64,000 nucleotides of DNA, taken from the NCBI GenBank assembly GCA_043823745.1, contig JBDRAN010000048.1, forward strand, positions 896 to 64,895. The letters run 5' to 3'. The notes beneath the pieces were generated by a model. It was not told the DNA's origin. It made no database searches and saw nothing but the letters and a program-made list of their open reading frames with translations. The first letter of the stretch is position 1. Every line of letters starts with the position of its first letter. This DNA comes from Candidatus Omnitrophota bacterium (GTDB lineage: Bacteria; Omnitrophota; Gorgyraeia; Duberdicusellales; 4484-171). Made by a program: the position numbers and the translations under genes. This document shows positions 1 to 8,872 of the stretch, one piece after another.

Positions 1-93
1 GTAGTCTTTTTGGCCGGTAATGTATCTATAGCGGCCTTGCTGGACGATTACTTCTTCGGGCTTTATTGGGTATAGGTATCCATCGTAATTCAT
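1..93 (-). CDS. hypothetical protein, N-terminal part (runs off window start)
   Basis: Manual translation from ATG at 93: MNYDGYLYPIKPEEVIVQQGRYRYITGQKDY..., open to the window edge. Confidence 0.45.
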   Translation of the reverse strand, partial: MNYDGYLYPIKPEEVIVQQGRYRYITGQKDY

Positions 94-218
94 GTTGTAT
101 CCCTGTTTAGTAGAGACGGGCTTTCTTTTAAGGTTTCCACTGAAAAACGGCTGTCGGGTTTGGTGCTAATTTGTTTCTTTCCCTGTCGGGAAACAAATTA
201 TCCCGGAGGCGGTGCCCG

Positions 219-554
219 ATGTGGAATAAACCATCAATTAAGGAGCTTGAGAAGATACCGAAATTCTATGAAACAGAAGATGTGTCTGCGGAAGAAAAGG
301 ATATTCACATGCACTTCTTTTTGGGCGGGTGTGATTGGTATGTCGCAGAGTATGACGCTGAGAAGGAGCTTTTCTTTGGCTTTGCCATTTTGAACAATGA
401 TTATCAGATGGCTGAGTGGGGCTACATTAGCTTCAAAGAGCTCTGCGATTTGAGTGTCAAGGGCATTGAAGTTGACCGCGATTTGTATTTTGAGTCTAGA
501 AAGGCAAAGAACGTCGAGAAAATTAAGATGGCTATGAAGGAGGTGGAAGCATGA
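219..554 (+). CDS. DUF2958-like protein (mobile-element associated)
   Basis: HFFLGGCDWYVAEYD...FFGF...EWGYISFKEL...IEVDRDLYF pattern; GGAGG upstream of ATG 219. Confidence 0.8.
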   Translation: MWNKPSIKELEKIPKFYETEDVSAEEKDIHMHFFLGGCDWYVAEYDAEKELFFGFAILNNDYQMAEWGYISFKELCDLSVKGIEVDRDLYFESRKAKNVEKIKMAMKEVEA

Positions 555-901
555 ATCGAACAGAAAGGATAGCTAGAGCTATTGGGTATTTGAGGGGTGA
601 GATTGAGTTTGTGCGGAAGGAGCGGGGCTTTACGCATTCGGTTATTTTCATAAGCGAGCGTATGCATATCATGAAGAAGTTGGTTCCGCTTCTTATTGAA
701 GACAGCCGCATGACTCTTACGGAGATGTCAAAGCGCACAGGGATTCCGGTATCTACGGTGTATGATAACTTGCCCAGAGTGCAGGAAGCGTTCAAATTCA
801 CCATAGTGCCTAAGTCGATTTATTGTGATGAGGAACAAGCGCAGTTTGAGGCAGGCCAAACTCGAATGTATGACTTTAAGCCCGGACTTAAGGCTTCCTG
901 A
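551..901 (+). CDS. winged-helix (AsnC/Lrp-type) HTH protein
   Basis: DSRMTLTEMSKRTGIPVSTVYDNL HTH; ATGA overlap with the upstream gene. Confidence 0.65.
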   Translation: MNRTERIARAIGYLRGEIEFVRKERGFTHSVIFISERMHIMKKLVPLLIEDSRMTLTEMSKRTGIPVSTVYDNLPRVQEAFKFTIVPKSIYCDEEQAQFEAGQTRMYDFKPGLKAS

Positions 902-961
902 AAGCCTTTATTTTTTTCTCTTTCCTTATGCGAGAAAAAAATATATTGAGGTGATAAAAAA

Positions 962-1282
962 ATGTGTAATTTGTCAAACATGAGGGGTGTGCCCCCGCAG
1001 GACATCAACAAAGTATTGAATGGCTACAGGAAGAAGCTTAACAACAAGGTAGTGGATCGGTGCTGGAAGATCAAGGAAGATAAGGACAAAGCTCAAAAGC
1101 TCAGGCAAGAAATGAAAAACAGGTGTGCAGACTTTGATGTTGATTTGCGGCTCGAAATGATTCAGGACAGGGAGATGATGCAAAAGGAGGGATTCAAAGC
1201 CAAAGGGCACCCAGATTATCAGATAGAGATTACTGAGGAAGAAGTCGAAGCTGTTATCAACACGCACAGCGATTTGAAATGA
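962..1282 (+). CDS. hypothetical protein
   Basis: 106-aa ORF with GAGGTGAT SD. Confidence 0.6.
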   Translation: MCNLSNMRGVPPQDINKVLNGYRKKLNNKVVDRCWKIKEDKDKAQKLRQEMKNRCADFDVDLRLEMIQDREMMQKEGFKAKGHPDYQIEITEEEVEAVINTHSDLK

Positions 1283-1347
1283 TTTCTCTTTTTTCTAATA
1301 TTTTTGTCAAGTTATCATGTTATAATGATTCCAAAAGGAGGTTCGGA

Positions 1348-1542
1348 GTGGGTGTTAGATGTTTGGGATGTAGCCGCAATTGTCGTGAGGATGAAGTTGC
1401 TTATGTAGGTGAATTTTCTAATGGCCGCAAGTTAGAATTATGCAGGGATTGCTTCTCCATTTACCAATCAAATAATCTTGATAGTCGTTCTCCCGAAGAT
1501 GCGGTTGCCTTTATTATGCAGTACAGAAGAGTCAACAGCTAA
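1348..1542 (+). CDS. small Cys-rich (CxxC...CxxC) hypothetical protein
   Basis: AGGAGG SD before GTG 1348; CLGC...CRDC. Confidence 0.55.
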   Translation: MGVRCLGCSRNCREDEVAYVGEFSNGRKLELCRDCFSIYQSNNLDSRSPEDAVAFIMQYRRVNS

Positions 1543-1861
1543 GCTTATTTCTCAATTTTCTTTCCGTAATCATTTTTTCTTTTCCATTCCTTAGAATGTT
1601 ATCCTGCTGTTCTTCAGGCAGTTTCAGAAGGTTTATGAATTGGGTTACTCGGACTCTTGAAATGCCTAGCTTTTTGGCAAGCTTGTTTTGGCTGAGATTC
1701 TGCTTGTTTAGCATTTGTTTGTATTCTCTTGCTTTGGTTATGGGGTTAACGTAGCGTTCGAGGTGTTTTTGGTGGGCGATTTTTCTCTTGGATATCTTCG
1801 TAACTCGTTGTATACTAAAGGCATATTGATAGTTCTTACAGCAGTCCGCTGTGGGGAGCCA
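1532..1861 (-). pseudogene. start-less C-terminal tail (WLP...ParB-like HTH) of a probable serine recombinase split at att
   Basis: Frame open from WLPTADCCKN at 1861 through MLNKQNLSQNKLAKKLGISRVRVTQFINLLKL to the stop at 1532; in-frame TAG immediately before WLP. Confidence 0.6.
1844..1861 (+). other. att remnant: tRNA 3'-end-like sequence (Asn-type ...GGGGAGCCA), copy 1
   Basis: GTCCgctgtGGGGAGCCA followed by inverted repeat aaaacataacccta...tagggttttgtttt. Confidence 0.6.
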
Positions 1862-1939
1862 CTAAAACATAACCCTATGTGAGTATAATACTTGCCTAGG
1901 GTTTTGTTTTGGAGTAAAATTAATCTTATGGGAGGAAGA

Positions 1940-2527
1940 ATGACAGATAATAAACAAAGCGATTTTTACACATCTTACAAGATTTCCAAATCATTTAAGA
2001 TATTCTTAGTATTATTTTCAATTATAGGCCTGCTGTTTCTTGGTTATAGCTTAGTTAAGACGGGCGAGAATTTAAAAGATGCCATAGTGCTTGTTGCGAG
2101 CGCAGCTGGTGCAATTGTTTTACTTTTTTGGTTTATAGTAGTAATGGTAAATAAAATTCGTAATCCAGAAAATATATCAAATATAGAACGCTCGTACGCT
2201 GAGGATTTAGGGCGTTATAAAGTTGTAGCGATTGTCAAAAAGTATGTATTTTCTGATATGGATATTGGTCAAGTTCTAAACCTTATAGTCATAATGGGAG
2301 GGATGTTTAAATGGCTATTATTTTATATCTTTGCCGGTGGAACAGCAATGGTGTTTCTCAGAAACGATACTTTATTTAATAAGATTTTAATATTAGCCTT
2401 GAGCGTAGTTTGGTGTCCTTGGCTCGAGAATATATGTTTAAAAAAAATTAATTATATACTAATATTCATTGTCAAAGTACTTGCGACATTTAGTTTATTT
2501 ATGATAGGCATTGTAATAAGCCCTTAA
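1940..2527 (+). CDS. hypothetical multi-pass membrane protein
   Basis: AT-rich ORF with several hydrophobic segments; GGAGG before ATG 1940. Confidence 0.65.
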   Translation: MTDNKQSDFYTSYKISKSFKIFLVLFSIIGLLFLGYSLVKTGENLKDAIVLVASAAGAIVLLFWFIVVMVNKIRNPENISNIERSYAEDLGRYKVVAIVKKYVFSDMDIGQVLNLIVIMGGMFKWLLFYIFAGGTAMVFLRNDTLFNKILILALSVVWCPWLENICLKKINYILIFIVKVLATFSLFMIGIVISP

Positions 2528-2550
2528 ATACAGGAGGATGGTTCATATTT

Positions 2551-2727
2551 ATGCATATCGGAGCCGTTATAGATAAGTTATTTTGGTTTGCAATAGGCAT
2601 ATATTTTATTTTTTTATCCATAAAACAAAAGGAAAAATTAGGCAACAAAGCAGCTCTCGTTAGATTTTCTGGAATAGTCCTAATATTAGTAGGAATTATG
2701 TTTAGTATACTGGCAATAATTAAGTAA
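2551..2727 (+). CDS. small two-TM membrane protein (not in ORF track)
   Basis: MHIGAVIDKLFWFAIGIYFIFLSIKQKEKLGNKAALVRFSGIVLILVGIMFSILAIIK; AGGAGG upstream. Confidence 0.55.
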   Translation: MHIGAVIDKLFWFAIGIYFIFLSIKQKEKLGNKAALVRFSGIVLILVGIMFSILAIIK

Positions 2728-2827
2728 TAGCAGTCATTTCTATATATAGTTTCTTCGCCTCCTCCGTCATACACCAGTTGTGAAACTCATCTAAGAAGTT
2801 GCGAAAATCGTCCTCTTGGGGGAGCCA
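2720..2827 (-). pseudogene. second start-less recombinase-like C-terminal tail
   Basis: WLPQEDDFRNFLDEFHNWCMTEEAKKLYIEMTAIT* begins exactly at the second att remnant. Confidence 0.55.
2810..2827 (+). other. att remnant: tRNA 3'-end-like sequence, copy 2
   Basis: GTCCtcttgGGGGAGCCA. Confidence 0.6.
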
Positions 2828-2874
2828 TGAAATAAACACCTCTAGCATTTTTTGCTAGGGGTTTTTTATTTCAT
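2827..2874 (+). terminator. intrinsic terminator-like hairpin after the tRNA fragment
   Basis: atgaaataaacacctctagca / tgctaggggttttttatttcat inverted repeat. Confidence 0.7.
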
Positions 2875-3063
2875 TGTTTCATTCAAGGTAGGGCTCGAAC
2901 CTCTTGCGTAGCAAGCCAAGGTTGCGCGACCGGAGCGCTCCTGCGTACAGGAAGTGCCGGAACATTCAACAATGTTTTATGTAGACGGTGACGGCCCCCT
3001 ACCTAGCGAACACTTTATTGTATCTTATCGCGTGAGCATCCCGCAAGAAGCGGGGCGGGGAGT

Positions 3064-3108
3064 TTTTGACTTTATAATCCTCTATGATACTATATTGTAG
3101 AGGGTTTG
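3064..3108 (+). promoter_or_regulatory. duplicated sigma70-like promoter block, copy 1
   Basis: TTGACT-N16-TACTAT with TG extension; 24 bp identical to 9293-9316. Confidence 0.55.
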
Positions 3109-3140
3109 TCTATTTGATACTTACAATACAAGGAGGGGTT

Positions 3141-3329
3141 ATGGCAGGAATCAAGTGTGTTGAACAAAAAGATGACGTGCATCCCATATGTCCGTATTGT
3201 TCCACAGAGCTGAGTGAAGTTTGGGCACGTAATTTAGGTACTTTTTTCGGTGTTCGTTTTATTTATTTTTGCCCTCACTGCAAAAAAGTGCTAGGTATTT
3301 CCCATCGAAAAGGGAACCTTATAAATTAG
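3141..3329 (+). CDS. small zinc-ribbon protein
   Basis: CPYC...CPHC; AGGAGG SD. Confidence 0.7.
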   Translation: MAGIKCVEQKDDVHPICPYCSTELSEVWARNLGTFFGVRFIYFCPHCKKVLGISHRKGNLIN

Positions 3330-3599
3330 TATTCTTTCCCGCGAACTCAGATTAAATTTTACTTAAACTTTAACCGGTATGCAGGTGAGCAGGGGTATAA
3401 AAGATGATAGGGCTCGAACCGCCAGAGGAGGGCAGGGAGGCAGAATTACCCTTCCCCAGATTGCATAGTTTTCTGGAGTGGAAAATAGAGGAGGAAAATA
3501 TCACAACTAAAAACGTTAATGAATACGGCTATATTTAATGCTTCAATAATGAGTCTCCCCTTGACATCGGTAGAGGTGTGGTGGTACGTATTAATTGTT

Positions 3600-3821
3600 A
3601 AGGGGAGACAACGAAAAGGTACCCTTTCATGAGATTTCAAGGGGTGCAAAGCCACGGTTCCTTTAAACACGAATTGACACGAATGAAAAGCGAATAATTA
3701 CGAATGAAAATTTGTGTGATTCGACTATAATTTGTGTTAATTGGTGGTGAGTGGAACGAACAAGGAAAGCCGAGCTGCCGAATGTCTCTTTTGAGGCGTA
3801 GGTATGCTCGGTTTTTTATTT
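3600..3821 (+). ncRNA. c-di-GMP-I (GEMM)-like riboswitch with an expanded P3 loop and an overlapping terminator
   Basis: P1 gagaca/tgtctc; AAAAGGTACCC...GGGGTGCAAAGCCACGGTTCCTT...AAGGAAAGCCGAGCTGCCGAA; terminator agccgagc...gctcggtttttt. Confidence 0.65.
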
Positions 3822-3849
3822 ATAGAGTATAGAAACAAGGAGGTAAATC

Positions 3850-4080
3850 ATGCGTTGTATATTATGTGGTAAGCCAAGAATAGCGAACGATCTGATAGTT
3901 TTTTCGCCTGAAGGGTTTAGACAAACCATGTCGATTTTTAATATTACACCCGTTGAAGGGAAAAAGATTGCTGAAAAAGTTAAAAAATATTTACCTATCC
4001 ATGTGTGCCCAGAGCACTTACAGACACTTAAATTGCGCGTAGGCACTAAGGGATGGATGAAAGTAATACGGGAGCCATAA
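3850..4080 (+). CDS. small CxxC...CxxH hypothetical protein downstream of the riboswitch
   Basis: MRCILCG...VCPEH; AAGGAGG SD. Confidence 0.7.
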   Translation: MRCILCGKPRIANDLIVFSPEGFRQTMSIFNITPVEGKKIAEKVKKYLPIHVCPEHLQTLKLRVGTKGWMKVIREP

Positions 4081-4528
4081 AAAGATTGCTCTATCCAAGA
4101 ATGGGGTGGCGTTAATTTTTTCAACCCCGCGAGCTTCGCTTAAATTTTAATAAAATTTAAGCGATATATATGCGAACAGGGGTATAAAACAGGTAGGGCT
4201 CGAACTAAAGAGGTACTTCCCGCCAGAGGGAACCACAGAATTCATTCCTTGTCAATTCTTTCCCACCCATGCTATAACCGAGGGGCCCCCGTATCTACCA
4301 TTTTTTCCCAATTACCTGGACAAATCTTGCTTTATAGTATCGTAAGTATCTTATACCGGGCAACTTATCTGACCTTGTAAAATATAAAGCTTTTACGATA
4401 ATAAGCATCTTTGATATAATACTTACGCATGGATGGTAAGATTTTTACCCGCGGCTGACAAAAGCGGGCGCAGGCCGTAAAGGAAAAAGGTTTAGATCGC
4501 TACAATAACCCATAATATTTAATTTAGA

Positions 4529-6052
4529 ATGAACAAAAAAATAGCCTATACCCTTTTAGTCTTGGCGGTGGCTATATTTTTATGGCAAACACTGAAATTC
4601 CCGTTAACTTCCCCGTCCGTAACGGGCGGTGAAGCGGAAGCTTCTAATGCAACGCTGAAATTTCTCAATAATATCAAACATGGCGAATGCCAATACATAA
4701 CGTTCCTTGGAAGGCGTTTCCCTATTAATATCGGAAAAAGGCACGGAGCTTTAGAGATTTACGTGATGGCTCCTTTTGTCGCTTTGAGCGATTTTAGACT
4801 AGAGAGAATAAGGATCGTGACTGTTCTTTTTGCGGTGCTGACGATTATCTTTGTTTTCATTTTGGCTAAAGTATTATTCAATAGAACCATCGCGGTAATC
4901 AGCGTAATTCTGATTGCAATAAACCAATATTTTATAGTAATGATGAGGTTTAGTATAACATGGGGTTTAACCGTTCAGCTTTTTTCGGTGATACCGGTAT
5001 TATTGATGTATAAATTTTACACTACGAAGAAACAGTCGTTTTTTTATTGGGGGATGTTCATGCTGGGGCTAGGCCTAAACGCACGGGGGCATTATGTTTG
5101 GTTCATTTTTGGGTTCCTGGTGAGCGCATATTTATTTTTTCGTCATTTTATGAATAACAAAAAAAGAATACTATTTTTTGGTTGTTGCTTCTTTTTTATC
5201 GGATGTTTGCCTGTCCTGCTCCACTATGCAAGCGACCCGGGGTTTAAAAAATTTGTTATGTATAATTTTCCGATTACGCATGGATACTCTTTGGTTTCAA
5301 ATAAAGAATTTGTGAATAATACTCATTTTTTTCAAAACTTAATTTTACGGTTTGACCATATTCTCAGAATAGTTTTCAATGCGCGCGGGAACGGCAGTTA
5401 CCGTCTACCATATTTTTTATTATTTGGAGCATGCGTGAGCCTTACTTTTTACAAATTTTTTCGTAAAAGACCTCATTCGTTCAATAAAAGAAGAATATTA
5501 TTTATTTTCTCTCTTTTTGTGTTGACTCTCGTTGGCTCATGCGTTACGTTTACTTTGATTCGCGATGAACATTTGTTGATGTTGACGCCTTATGTCGTTA
5601 TTATTGTCGCCGTAATGATATATGAAATGTTTAAAGATAATATTTTTTATGTGTCTCGGCCGCTCAGCGTAATTTTTTTGTCAACGATTATTTTCTCTAA
5701 TATCACTTCTACCGAAAAATTTTTGCCGACACCTGATGATAACCTTTCTTTTGTGACGCAATGGCTTATTAAAAATAATGTTAAGAAAGTTATAGCCTCT
5801 AATTACATCATAGATATGGGAATAGAGTTTTATTCGGGCCTTAAGCTTGATCCATATCCGTGTCCTACGTGGAGAGAGGAAAACAAGAAAAAAATATGTA
5901 AAAAAATTATTGAAAATTCCAAATCTGACGTCGCGTTCGTAGCGCGAAAAGGCCCCATTCGTACGGCATTCAATAAACTACTTAAAAGGACAGGTAAAAC
6001 TATGCATGAAGCTCTAGACACGGGGGGATATATTGTTTACGTAATTGAATGA
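4529..6052 (+). CDS. GT-C membrane glycosyltransferase (ArnT/PMT_2, GT39-like)
   Basis: Many TM segments, RIVTVLFAVLTIIFVFILAKVLFN pattern; adjacent to a GT2 gene. Confidence 0.7.
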   Translation: MNKKIAYTLLVLAVAIFLWQTLKFPLTSPSVTGGEAEASNATLKFLNNIKHGECQYITFLGRRFPINIGKRHGALEIYVMAPFVALSDFRLERIRIVTVLFAVLTIIFVFILAKVLFNRTIAVISVILIAINQYFIVMMRFSITWGLTVQLFSVIPVLLMYKFYTTKKQSFFYWGMFMLGLGLNARGHYVWFIFGFLVSAYLFFRHFMNNKKRILFFGCCFFFIGCLPVLLHYASDPGFKKFVMYNFPITHGYSLVSNKEFVNNTHFFQNLILRFDHILRIVFNARGNGSYRLPYFLLFGACVSLTFYKFFRKRPHSFNKRRILFIFSLFVLTLVGSCVTFTLIRDEHLLMLTPYVVIIVAVMIYEMFKDNIFYVSRPLSVIFLSTIIFSNITSTEKFLPTPDDNLSFVTQWLIKNNVKKVIASNYIIDMGIEFYSGLKLDPYPCPTWREENKKKICKKIIENSKSDVAFVARKGPIRTAFNKLLKRTGKTMHEALDTGGYIVYVIE

Positions 6053-6773
6053 TTTCAAGGAGATAGTAATGTTTGTATCTGTGGTAATACCTGTGCATAA
6101 TGAATTCGAAAGCCTGGAAACTTTATATAATACGTTGAGCTCTTTGTTTGTGGATTCCGGCTACCGCTACGAGATTATTTTTGTCAATGACGGGAGCATT
6201 GATGACAGCCTTGATATTTTAGAAGGGATTCAGCGCAAGGACAAAATGGTAAAAGTTATACATTTCGATAAAAATCGCGGCAGAGGAGATGCTCTCCTTG
6301 CCGGCTTTGACATCGCCGCCGGTTCACACATTATAACGATTGACGCTGACTTACAGATCAGCGTGGATAATATACCTATGATTCTCAAGGAGCTTGAGCA
6401 TTTTGATATTGTCATAACTCATAGAATCAATAGGATTGAGTCCGATGGATTATTAAAATTTATCTCCTCGCAAGTTGCAAATTTCATACGGAATAAAATC
6501 CTAAGCGAAAATTTTAAAGATACCGGTTCTTCTTTGTGTGGTTTTAAAAGGGAATGTTTCAAGGTGTTGCCTCATTGTCCTGATTTTTGGTATTTTATTG
6601 CTTCATTGGGTAGTGCCTATGGATTTTCGATTAAAGAAATACCTATACGATCATTTCCGAGAAGATTCGGAAGGTCGCATTATAATATCAGGAATAGAGT
6701 GCTGAAATCAGCCAAGGCATTGCTCGAAGTAAGGCGGATAAAAACGAATATAAAGAATCGTAAAGGATTTTAA
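6045..6773 (+). CDS. GT2 glycosyltransferase (ArnC/polyprenol-phosphate sugar synthase-like)
   Basis: SVVIPVHNE, VNDGSIDD, IDADLQ, RRFGRSHY motifs. Confidence 0.9.
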   Translation: MNDFKEIVMFVSVVIPVHNEFESLETLYNTLSSLFVDSGYRYEIIFVNDGSIDDSLDILEGIQRKDKMVKVIHFDKNRGRGDALLAGFDIAAGSHIITIDADLQISVDNIPMILKELEHFDIVITHRINRIESDGLLKFISSQVANFIRNKILSENFKDTGSSLCGFKRECFKVLPHCPDFWYFIASLGSAYGFSIKEIPIRSFPRRFGRSHYNIRNRVLKSAKALLEVRRIKTNIKNRKGF

Positions 6774-6788
6774 GCATTTCGAATAAAA

Positions 6789-7340
6789 ATGGACGAATCA
6801 CATAGTTCCCAGCCGCCCTATAATCATTGGTTTCCTTTGGTAAGATTCTATTGGTATCGGGTACAGAGTGTCGTTGCCGGATTGGTCGATTGCTCACATG
6901 ACGGTGTAATACTTGATTTTGGTTGTGGTAAAGAGAAAATTTTGAAAAAAAATCTGAGCGGGCATACTGTTATTGGATATGATGTGATAAAAGAATTTAG
7001 AGATATTGATGATTACAGAAAGATACGTCCGCAGGTTATTGTGTGTTCACACGTATTGGAGCACTTAGGGCCGGCAGAGCTTGAGCGTACCCTGGAGGAC
7101 TTCATTGCGATGGGCCCCCGATATATAATTACCGCTCAGCCTACGGAAAATAATATTTCGCGGCTTTCCTGGTTTTTTAGCGGAAAAAAAGAACTAACAA
7201 AAAAACTCACGTTGTTAGAGCACAAATTGACTATCGATAAAATTCATTCGGTCTTGGCTAAGTATTTTATTCTTCAGGAAAGAAAGAATGTATTAACGTT
7301 GACTGTTGTTTCGAAGTGGGTCTTGAGGATCCGGGCATGA
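6789..7340 (+). CDS. class I SAM-dependent methyltransferase
   Basis: ILDFGCG, SHVLEHL. Confidence 0.85.
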   Translation: MDESHSSQPPYNHWFPLVRFYWYRVQSVVAGLVDCSHDGVILDFGCGKEKILKKNLSGHTVIGYDVIKEFRDIDDYRKIRPQVIVCSHVLEHLGPAELERTLEDFIAMGPRYIITAQPTENNISRLSWFFSGKKELTKKLTLLEHKLTIDKIHSVLAKYFILQERKNVLTLTVVSKWVLRIRA

Positions 7341-7345
7341 TCTAG

Positions 7346-8872
7346 ATGAAAATACTTCTTATTTCTTTTCAACCTGGGCTCGAAACCATTGGGCTGCGGC
7401 ACCTTCATTATTTTCTTCTTAAAAATGGCCACGACTCTGCAATCCTTTATCTTTCGATGTTCAAGGGAAATAATTTCAGAGAAAGTGAAAGCTTGCGGCG
7501 ATTTGTGCAAGAAATGAATCCGGGCTTAGTGGGAATCAGTTTAATGAGCACAGAGTATCATGCTGCCCGTGATGTAACCATGCTCCTTAAGGATCGCCTG
7601 GGTTCGGTACCTGTTATCTGGGGTGGTATTCACCCAACGTTATCTCCGAACGAGTGCTTGGCTTATGCCGATTATGTTTGCATGGGGGAAGGAGAAAAGA
7701 CGCTTCTGGACATTGCAAACGCCCTCGATCGAGGCCTCGATTTAAAAGATATATGCAACCTTTGTTATTTAGATAAAACAACTATGATTAAAAACAGCCT
7801 TTACCCGTACATTAAGAATTTAGATGACTTACCGTTATGTGATTGTATTCCCGTCAATAGCTTTATTTTTACGGGCACCAGGATAGAAAAACTGGGCAGG
7901 AAAAATTTTTCTCGATTCGCCCGGTATTCAGGAAGAGTTTACAGCATAATGAAAAGCCGCGGATGCCCTTTTTCGTGCAGGTATTGTTGCAATAACGCCC
8001 TTCGGCGCATATACACTGATAATCCAATACGAATGCGAAGTGCGGAAAATGTTATCAAAGAGATTGAACACGTTTTAAGGGATTGTCCTAAAATTGAGTA
8101 CATCAACTTTCAGGACGATTGTTTTTTGGCATCTCCGGAAAACGAACTTCGCGAGTTTTGCGACCTGTATAAACAAAGAGTTAAGAAGCCGTTTGTAATA
8201 AGGGCTATTCCTACATTCGTTACAAAGGATAAGGTCAAGATGCTTCAAGGAGCTGGTTTGTCGTGGATGATGGTAGGCTTACAGAGCGGAAGTGATCGTG
8301 TTTGCAAAGAGGTTTACAAGCGTCATATATCGAGGTCTGATTTTTTTGAAACGGTTACGATACTTAACGATTGCAATCTGCCGGCGACCTATGATGTTAT
8401 AACAGATAATCCTTTTGAAACTGAGCGTGATAAGCTCGAGACAGTAGAAACGCTTATGAAGCTGCCGAAGCCCTTTTATCTTCAATGCCTTTCGTTGGTT
8501 TTGTATCCCGGAACTGAATTATTCGAGGAAGCGCAATCTGCGTTCCCTCAGTACTGTGAGCAATATTATACCAAGGATTATCAGATTACCTGCCGGGACA
8601 GAGTAAATGACCTTATCAGAATTGCCGCGTTTGTAGATGAGGCGTGGATGAATAGAATACTTTATTTTTACCGGAAAAATAAAAATGGCGCCAGATTTAA
8701 AATTTTCTTGTTTTTAACGAATCTAGTCACTATTTTTGTTTTACAGCCCATCGTGTACTTTAAAATGCTGAAACTTTCCCAGGGGCAGTCGTATACGAAA
8801 GCTTTGCGATTAATATCGATATATATTAAAGAATGGTTAGAGCGTTATTTGAATCAGTTAAAGAATGCTTGA
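7346..8872 (+). CDS. B12-binding radical SAM protein
   Basis: WGGIHPT, GEGE, SRGCPFSCRYC (CxxxCxxC). Confidence 0.9.
   Translation: MKILLISFQPGLETIGLRHLHYFLLKNGHDSAILYLSMFKGNNFRESESLRRFVQEMNPGLVGISLMSTEYHAARDVTMLLKDRLGSVPVIWGGIHPTLSPNECLAYADYVCMGEGEKTLLDIANALDRGLDLKDICNLCYLDKTTMIKNSLYPYIKNLDDLPLCDCIPVNSFIFTGTRIEKLGRKNFSRFARYSGRVYSIMKSRGCPFSCRYCCNNALRRIYTDNPIRMRSAENVIKEIEHVLRDCPKIEYINFQDDCFLASPENELREFCDLYKQRVKKPFVIRAIPTFVTKDKVKMLQGAGLSWMMVGLQSGSDRVCKEVYKRHISRSDFFETVTILNDCNLPATYDVITDNPFETERDKLETVETLMKLPKPFYLQCLSLVLYPGTELFEEAQSAFPQYCEQYYTKDYQITCRDRVNDLIRIAAFVDEAWMNRILYFYRKNKNGARFKIFLFLTNLVTIFVLQPIVYFKMLKLSQGQSYTKALRLISIYIKEWLERYLNQLKNA

Larger units (their letters stand above)
1..1861. mobile_element. 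right end of an integrated element ending at a tRNA-3'-like att site
   Basis: DUF2958-like and HTH genes, small hypothetical ORFs, start-less recombinase-like tail ending at GTCC-N5-GGGGAGCCA (1844-1861). Confidence 0.6.

Noticed and set aside
2499-2774. 91-aa minus-strand ORF
   Set aside because: Shadow of the plus-strand membrane gene 2551-2727, which has an SD-like sequence upstream.
1844-2827. Complete tRNA genes at the GGAGCCA ends
   Set aside because: No D arm, anticodon arm or TTCGA loop upstream; only 3' fragments are present.
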